Origin: Eledone cirrhosa | Lineage: Eukaryota | Direction of reading: 5' to 3' | DNA: 64,000 nt | Assembly: GCA_964016885.1 (NCBI GenBank) | Contig: OZ024741.1 | Span: forward strand, 77,500,001-77,564,000 | In this document: piece by piece, positions 56,901-64,000 of the stretch | Layout: each line of letters begins with the position of its first letter | Position numbering within the stretch: position 1 is the first letter of the stretch | The notes under the pieces: model-generated | Told to the model about the DNA's origin: nothing | Seen by the model: only the letters and a program-made list of their open reading frames with translations | Databases searched by the model: none | Position numbers and translations under genes: made by a program

Positions 56901-59900
56901 CACTACACTATATAATATATATGTAGGACATACTACACTATATATTACATATGTAGGACATACTACACTATATATTATATATGTAGGACATACTACACTA
57001 TATACTACATATGTAGGACATACTTCACTATATATTACATACATAGGACCTATTACACTATATATTACATACATAGGACCTATTAAACTATATATTATAT
57101 ATGTAGGACATACTACACTATATATTACATATGTAGGACATACTTCACTATATATTACATACATAGGACCTATTACACTATATATTACATACATAGGACC
57201 TATTACACTATATATTACATATGTAGGACATACTACACTATATATTATATATGTAGGACCTATTACACTATATATTACATACATAGGACCTATTACACTA
57301 TATATTACATACATAGGACCTATTACACTATATATTACATATGTAGGACATACTACACTATATATTACATATGTAGGACCTATTACACTATATATTACAT
57401 ATGTAGGACATACTACACTATATATTATATATGTAGGACATACTACACTATATATTATATATGTAGGACATACTACACTATATATTACATACATAGGACC
57501 TATTACGCTACATATATATGTAGGACACACTACACTATATATTATATATGTAGGACATACTACACCATACATTATATATGTAGGACACACTACACCATAT
57601 ATTACATATGTAGGACCTATTACACTATATATTACATATGTAGGACCTATTACACTATATATTACATACATAGGACCTATTACACTATATATTACATACA
57701 TAGGACCTATTACACTATATATTACATACATAGGACCTATTACACCATATATTATATATGTAGGACACACTACACTATATATTATATATGTAGGACATAC
57801 TACACTATATATTATATATGTAGGACATACTACACTATATACTACATACATAGGACCTATTTCACTATATATTACATACATAGGACCTATTACACTATAT
57901 ATTACATACATAGGACCTATTACACTATATATTACATATGTAGGACATACTACACTATATATTATATATGTAGGACCTATTACACTATATATTACATACA
58001 TAGGACTTATTACACTATATATTATATATGTAGGACCTATTATACTACATATTATATATGTAGGACATACTACACTATATATTATATATGTAGGACATAC
58101 TACACTATATATTACATACATAGGACCTATTACACTATATATTACATATGTAGGACATACACTATATATTACATACATAGGACCTATTACACTATATATT
58201 ATATATGTAGGACCTATTACACCATATATTACATACATAGGACCTATTACACTATATATTATCTATGTAGGACATACGACACTATATATTACATATGTAG
58301 GACCTATTACACTATATATTACATATGTAGGACATACTACACTATATATTACATACGTAGGACCTATTACACTATATATTACATATGTAGGACATACTAC
58401 ACTATATATTACATATGTAGGACCTATTACACCATATATTACATACATAGGACCTATTACACTATATATTACATATGTACGACATACACTATATATTACA
58501 TACATAGGACCTATTACACTATATATTATATATGTAGGACCTATTACACCATATATTACATACATAGGACCTATTACACTATATATTATATATGTAGGAC
58601 ATACTACACTATATATTACATATGTAGGACCTATTACACTATATATTACATATGTAGGACATACTACACTATATATTACATATGTAGGACCTATTACACT
58701 ATATATTACATATGTAGGACATACTACACTATATATTATATATGTAGGACATACTACACTATATATTATATATGTAGGACATACTACACTATATATTACA
58801 TACATAGGACCTATTACGCTACATATATATGTAGGACACACTACACTATATATTATATATGTAGGACATACTACACCATACATTATATATGTAGGACACA
58901 CTACACCATATATTACATATGTAGGACCTATTACACTATATATTACATATGTAGGACCTATTACACTATATATTACATACATAGGACCTATTACACTATA
59001 TATTACATACATAGGACCTATTACACTATATATTACATACATAGGACCTATTACACCATATATTATATATGTAGGACACACTACACTATATATTATATAT
59101 GTAGGACATACTACACTATATATTATATATGTAGGACATACTACACTATATACTACATACATAGGACCTATTTCACTATATATTACATACATAGGACCTA
59201 TTACACCATATATTATATATGTAGGACACACTACACTATATATTATATATGTAGGACACACTACACTATATATTATATATGTAGGACATACTACACTATA
59301 TATTACATACATAGGACCTATTACACCATATATTACATATGTAGGACCTATTACACTATATATTACATATGTAGGACCTATTACACTATAAATTACATAC
59401 ATAGGACCTATTACACTATATATTACATACATAGGACCTATTACACTATATATTACATATGTAGGACATACTACACTATATATTATATATGTAGAACCTA
59501 TTACACTATATATTACATACATAGGACCTGTTACACTATATATTACATACATAGGACCTATTACACTATATATTACATATGTAGGACCTATTACACTATA
59601 TATCATATATGTAGGACCTATTACACTATATATTACATACATAGGACCTATTACACTATATATTATATATGTAGGACATACTACACTATATATTATATAT
59701 GTAGGACCTATTACACTATATATTACATATGTAGGACATATACTATATATTACATACATAGCACCTATTACACTATATATTATATATGTAGGACCTATTA
59801 CACTATATATTATATATGTAGAACCTATTACACTATATATTACATATGTAGGACATACTACACTATATATTATATATGTAGGACATACACTATATATTAC

Positions 59901-60099
59901 ATACATAGGACCTATTACACTATATATTACATATGTAGGACATACTACACTATATATTACATATGTAGGATATACACTATATATTACATACATAGGACCT
60001 ATTACACTATATATTACATATGTAGGACATACTACACTATATATTACATATGTAGGACATACACTATATATTATATACATAGGACCTATTACACTATAT
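35987..60099. repeat. 30-bp minisatellite, main block (~24 kb, ~800 units) with higher-order duplications
   Basis: Continuous tandem 30-mers with occasional shorter units; near-identical ORF translations recur at offsets of 4705, 2228 and 3334 bp. Confidence 0.98.
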
Positions 60100-63000
60100 T
60101 GCGAGCACTCCTCATTGTTTCGACCGCGGACGGCTAACATAACCCCATCGCCCCCCGCCCCCAACCCCCAAACGCAATCCAAAACTTCAGAGTTGGTACC
60201 ATAAATGTAGGCACCCTAAAGGGTCGCGCTAACGAGGTTGTAGAAATGCTTGAACGTAAGGAGGTCGATGTTTGTTGTATTCAAGAGACCAGGTGGAGGG
60301 GTGGGTCTGCTAGGTTCATTGAGGGTAAAAAACGATGTTATAAGCTTTTCTGGGTGGGAAACGACGATGGGCTGGGTGGAGTAGGAATCATGGTAGCAGA
60401 AAAGTGGGCAGATAAGATAATAGACGTAAATAGAGTGAATGACAGAATAATTAAAATACGACTTGTCCTCAATAGAACTACGGTGACAGTAATATCTGCG
60501 TACGCACCCCAATCCGGACTGCCCGGCACTATAAAAGACAGATTCTATGAGACACTGATGCTAACTACCTCCCAAATATCCGACAGTGACTATATAATTA
60601 TCGCAGGCGACCTAAATGGTCACCTTGGACAACATTGTGACGGCTACGACGAAATCCATGGAGGCTATGGGTTTGGTACTAGAAATGAGGAAGGCTCCAG
60701 AATCCTGGAATTCTGTGATGCAAATAACCTAACTATCTGTAACACTAACTTCAAAAAACGTGACAATCACCTGATCACCTATAGATCCGGGGAACACACA
60801 AGCCAGGTAGATTATATCCTTACCAGAAGACGTGACAGAGTGTCTGTTGTAAACACTAAATCCCTCCCCCATGAAGAATGCACCTCCCAACATAGACTGA
60901 TAATTAGCGACCTCATAGTCAGGACGAGACGTACTCGACAGCAGAAGAGGACTATCCTCAGGAGAAAAATATGGAAGCTAAAGGACCCCACAGCCAGGAA
61001 TAAATTTCAAAGCATATTACTTGATGCTTTCGACAGTAAGGAAGAACATTTAGAGTCGGACAATATAGAGGGAGAGTGGGAATTTCTGAAAGCAAACCTG
61101 CTGTTGGCGACAGACGAAGTCTGCGGCTGGAGCAGGCCTGTAGGCAGGAGGAGAGTAACATGGTGGTGGAACAGTAAGGTGGAGGGGTCAATTAAGGCCA
61201 AAAAGCAGGCTTGGAAAGTATGGTGGGATGGGGGAAGTAGAGAAGACTATCAAGTGGCCAGGAGGGAAGCTAGGAGACAAGTGTACTTAGCAAGAAGGGA
61301 AGCTGAGGAAAGAAAGTTCAAGCATGTTCTACAACGCGATGACCAAAAACGTGAGGTCTTCAGGATTGCTAGGCAATGCGTCAAGGAAAACCGTGATATT
61401 GTCGGGGAGAAGTGTGTACTAAACGACGATGGCACACTTGCCATCACCGACGCTGATAAGAAGGTAGCTTGGAAGTGTCACTATGAAAGGCTACTAAATG
61501 AGGAGAATAAATGGGAGAAAGACAGTCTCCCCCATATCGACCCAATAGAGGGACCAGCAGTGTTAGTCGAGGGGAGTATAATAAGTAAGGCAATCAAGGA
61601 TATGAAGACGGGTAAGGCGGCTGGGCCTTCGGAAATAGTTGCTGAGATGCTGAAGGCATCTGGCACGGTGGGACACACCATGGTCACCCGCATAGTTAAC
61701 CAAGTCGTACAGAATGGGGTTGTTCCGAAGGACTGGCATAGCAGCATCATCGTTAACTGTTATAAGGGTAAAGGAGACGCCCTAGATAGGAGTAACTATA
61801 GAGGCATTAAATTAATCGACCAGGTCATGAAGGTCACGGAAAAAGTAATAGCGCAACTAATCAGAGAGAGAATTGACCTAGATGAAATGCAGTTCGGGTT
61901 TGTGTCAGGCAAAAGTACCACAGACGCTCTTTTCATAGTACGACAACTACAGGAGAAGTACCTAGCTAAAGGTAAACCCCTCTACTTAGCTTTTGTCGAC
62001 TTGGAGAAAGCCTTCGACAGAGTCCCCCGCTCCATTATCTGGTGGGCTCTTAGAAAACTAGGCGTTGACGAATGGCTTGTGAGGGTTATACAAGCCATGT
62101 ATAAAGAAACAGTCAGCAAGGTTAGAATTAACAACGAATATAGTGAAGAGTTTAGCGTAAAAGTTGGCGTCCATCAGGGCTCTGTTCTCAGCCCCCTACT
62201 ATTTATTATTGCCCTTCAGGCTATAACAGAGGAGTTCAAGACAGGCTGCCCATGGGAACTCCTATACGCAGACGACCTGACACTCATAGCGGAATCAATG
62301 GCCGAGCTAGAGAAGAAATTCCAAACATGGAAGCACGGCCTAGTGTCAAAAGGACTTAAAATTAACCTGGCTAAGACCAAAGTACTAGTTTGTAGGAAAG
62401 AAAACAAGGCGGCGGTCCCTTCTGGGAAATGGTCGTGCTCGGTGTGTAGGAAAGGCGTAGGTAGAAACTCCATTTTATGTCCTAAATGCAAAGTATGGGT
62501 GCATAAAAGATGTAGTGGGATCACAGGTAAGCTAACTAAGAACATAGATTTTACATGTGGCCGGTGTTCTGGTGCAATAAGTAGCAGCAAGTGCCCACAA
62601 AATACTAGCTCTTTCAATTGCGCAGAGGGTTCTATAGAAATAGTGGACAGCTTCCGTTACCTGGCCGATAAAATCAGCAGTGGGGGAGGGTGCTCTGAAA
62701 GTACTGTAGCTAGAGTCAGAACTGGTTGGAAAAAGTTCAGAGAGCTTATACCACTATTAGCTGCTAAATGGTTCTCCCTAAAAATGAAAGGCAGGTTGTA
62801 CGATGCCTGCATACGAACAGCAATGCTGCATGGCAGTGAGACCTGGGCATTGTGTGCAGAGGATATACGCAGACTAGAGAGGAACGAAGTTTGCATGCTC
62901 CGCTGGATGTGTAACAGTAATATACGTGAACGGCAAAGCATAAACGAACTAAGGAAAAAATTAGAGATAAGAGGGATCAGATGTTGTTTACTCGAGAGAA

Positions 63001-63612
63001 GGCTATGTTGGTATGGACACGTGATGCGCATGAAAGTCGATAGCTGTATAACAAAGTGCAGGGCAATAAAGATAGACGGTAGTCACGGAATAGGCAGACC
63101 TAGAAAAACCTGGGACGAGCTGATAAACTCCGACATCACACACTTACACCTCTCCAAGACAATGTCACTGGACCGAGACCTTTGGCGGTACTCAGTAACA
63201 GAGAAGACCCGCCTTACCTAAATATATAGTAAAACCTACTCCAGCCAGTAGGCATCTCTAACAAAATACACCCCGTCCCACCACCCCCACCCCATCCACA
63301 CCACCCCGTTCTATGTAAAGTTATGTTGGTGCCGCGCCATCCAGGCCGAAACAAATGAGATCGTGTAGGTGTCACGACAAAAAAACACACAGTCCACGCT
63401 GTAATGTGGCCGTGTAGGCAACACGGTAAAAACCTCCCAGACCCACACTGTAAATGTGGTTGGTGTTAGGAAGGGCATCCAACTGTAGAAAACCTGCCAG
63501 ACAGTCCTATGCGAGCAAGACAATCACTCTTGCCTCAAGTGGGACTACCCCCGTCCAAACCCATGCAAGCGTGGAACACGGACGTTAAACGTTGATGATG
63601 ATGATGATGATG
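60100..63612 (+). mobile_element. near full-length RTE LINE, family A, inserted in the minisatellite
   Basis: Single long APE-RT ORF, ~370-nt 3' UTR, (GAT)n tail. Confidence 0.96.
60138..63221 (+). CDS. RTE ORF: APE endonuclease, reverse transcriptase and PHD-like finger
   Basis: Frame open from 60138 (first ATG 60246, 991 aa); GTINVGTL, CIQETRW, SAYAPQ, AGDLNGH, SQVDYIL, SQHRLI (APE); LLYADDL; C4HC3. Confidence 0.95.
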   Translation, partial: HNPIAPRPQPPNAIQNFRVGTINVGTLKGRANEVVEMLERKEVDVCCIQETRWRGGSARFIEGKKRCYKLFWVGNDDGLGGVGIMVAEKWADKIIDVNRVNDRIIKIRLVLNRTTVTVISAYAPQSGLPGTIKDRFYETLMLTTSQISDSDYIIIAGDLNGHLGQHCDGYDEIHGGYGFGTRNEEGSRILEFCDANNLTICNTNFKKRDNHLITYRSGEHTSQVDYILTRRRDRVSVVNTKSLPHEECTSQHRLIISDLIVRTRRTRQQKRTILRRKIWKLKDPTARNKFQSILLDAFDSKEEHLESDNIEGEWEFLKANLLLATDEVCGWSRPVGRRRVTWWWNSKVEGSIKAKKQAWKVWWDGGSREDYQVARREARRQVYLARREAEERKFKHVLQRDDQKREVFRIARQCVKENRDIVGEKCVLNDDGTLAITDADKKVAWKCHYERLLNEENKWEKDSLPHIDPIEGPAVLVEGSIISKAIKDMKTGKAAGPSEIVAEMLKASGTVGHTMVTRIVNQVVQNGVVPKDWHSSIIVNCYKGKGDALDRSNYRGIKLIDQVMKVTEKVIAQLIRERIDLDEMQFGFVSGKSTTDALFIVRQLQEKYLAKGKPLYLAFVDLEKAFDRVPRSIIWWALRKLGVDEWLVRVIQAMYKETVSKVRINNEYSEEFSVKVGVHQGSVLSPLLFIIALQAITEEFKTGCPWELLYADDLTLIAESMAELEKKFQTWKHGLVSKGLKINLAKTKVLVCRKENKAAVPSGKWSCSVCRKGVGRNSILCPKCKVWVHKRCSGITGKLTKNIDFTCGRCSGAISSSKCPQNTSSFNCAEGSIEIVDSFRYLADKISSGGGCSESTVARVRTGWKKFRELIPLLAAKWFSLKMKGRLYDACIRTAMLHGSETWALCAEDIRRLERNEVCMLRWMCNSNIRERQSINELRKKLEIRGIRCCLLERRLCWYGHVMRMKVDSCITKCRAIKIDGSHGIGRPRKTWDELINSDITHLHLSKTMSLDRDLWRYSVTEKTRLT

Positions 63613-64000
63613 ATTACATATGTAGGACATACTACACTATATATTACATATGTAGGACATACTACACTATATATTACATATGTAGGACATACACTATATG
63701 TTACATACATAGGACCTATTACACTATATATTACATACATAGGACCTATTATACTACATATTATATATGTAGGACCTACTACACTATATATTACATATGT
63801 AGGACATACACTATATATTACATACATAGGACCTATTACACTATATATTACATATGTAGGACATACTACACTATATATTACATATGTAGGACATACTACA
63901 CTATATATTACATACATAGGACCTATTACAACTATATATTACATACATAGGACCTATTACACTATATATTACATACATAGGACCTATTACACTATATATT
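63613..64000. repeat. 30-bp minisatellite, right block (runs off the window)
   Basis: Same units resume right after the (GAT)n tail. Confidence 0.97.

Noticed and set aside
35865-60182. Very long ORFs (up to 1282 aa) of YITYIGPITL/YVIYSVVCPT repeats
   Set aside because: They are translations of a 30-bp unit that lacks stops in several frames on both strands, and short units shift the frame freely, so there is no sign of coding constraint
32318-64000. CRISPR-like appearance (30-bp periodic, partly palindromic repeats next to RT genes)
   Set aside because: There are no unique spacers and no cas genes, and the context is eukaryotic; the RTs are RTE LINE proteins with APE domains and (GAT)n tails
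32318-64000. Telomere or telomeric retrotransposon array
   Set aside because: The unit contains TAGG but not TTAGGG/TTAGG tandem repeats, and nothing in the window shows a chromosome end

Overview
AT-rich, repeat-dense eukaryotic DNA with no recognisable host gene. The SINE, RTE and microsatellite repertoire resembles an octopod cephalopod genome (inference). The left half (1-32.3 kb) is a nested transposon graveyard. It holds microsatellites, a Penelope GIY-YIG remnant and a non-autonomous LTR element (6151-8552). It also holds a young CsRn1-like Ty3/Gypsy element in a tandem LTR-int-LTR-deleted int-LTR arrangement (14520-21353), decayed LINEs, several tRNA-derived SINEs, and mariner and pogo/Tigger fossils. 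The right half (32.3 kb to the window end) is a >31 kb array of a 30-bp minisatellite with kb-scale higher-order duplications and linked, palindrome-forming variants. Two young RTE-clade LINEs of different families interrupt the array, both in register with the repeat. The most notable signal is that these RTE ORFs (and a decayed third copy) carry a canonical C4-H-C3 PHD finger inserted inside the C-terminal part of the reverse transcriptase, a candidate chromatin-reading targeting module. All long low-complexity ORFs in the track are repeat artefacts.
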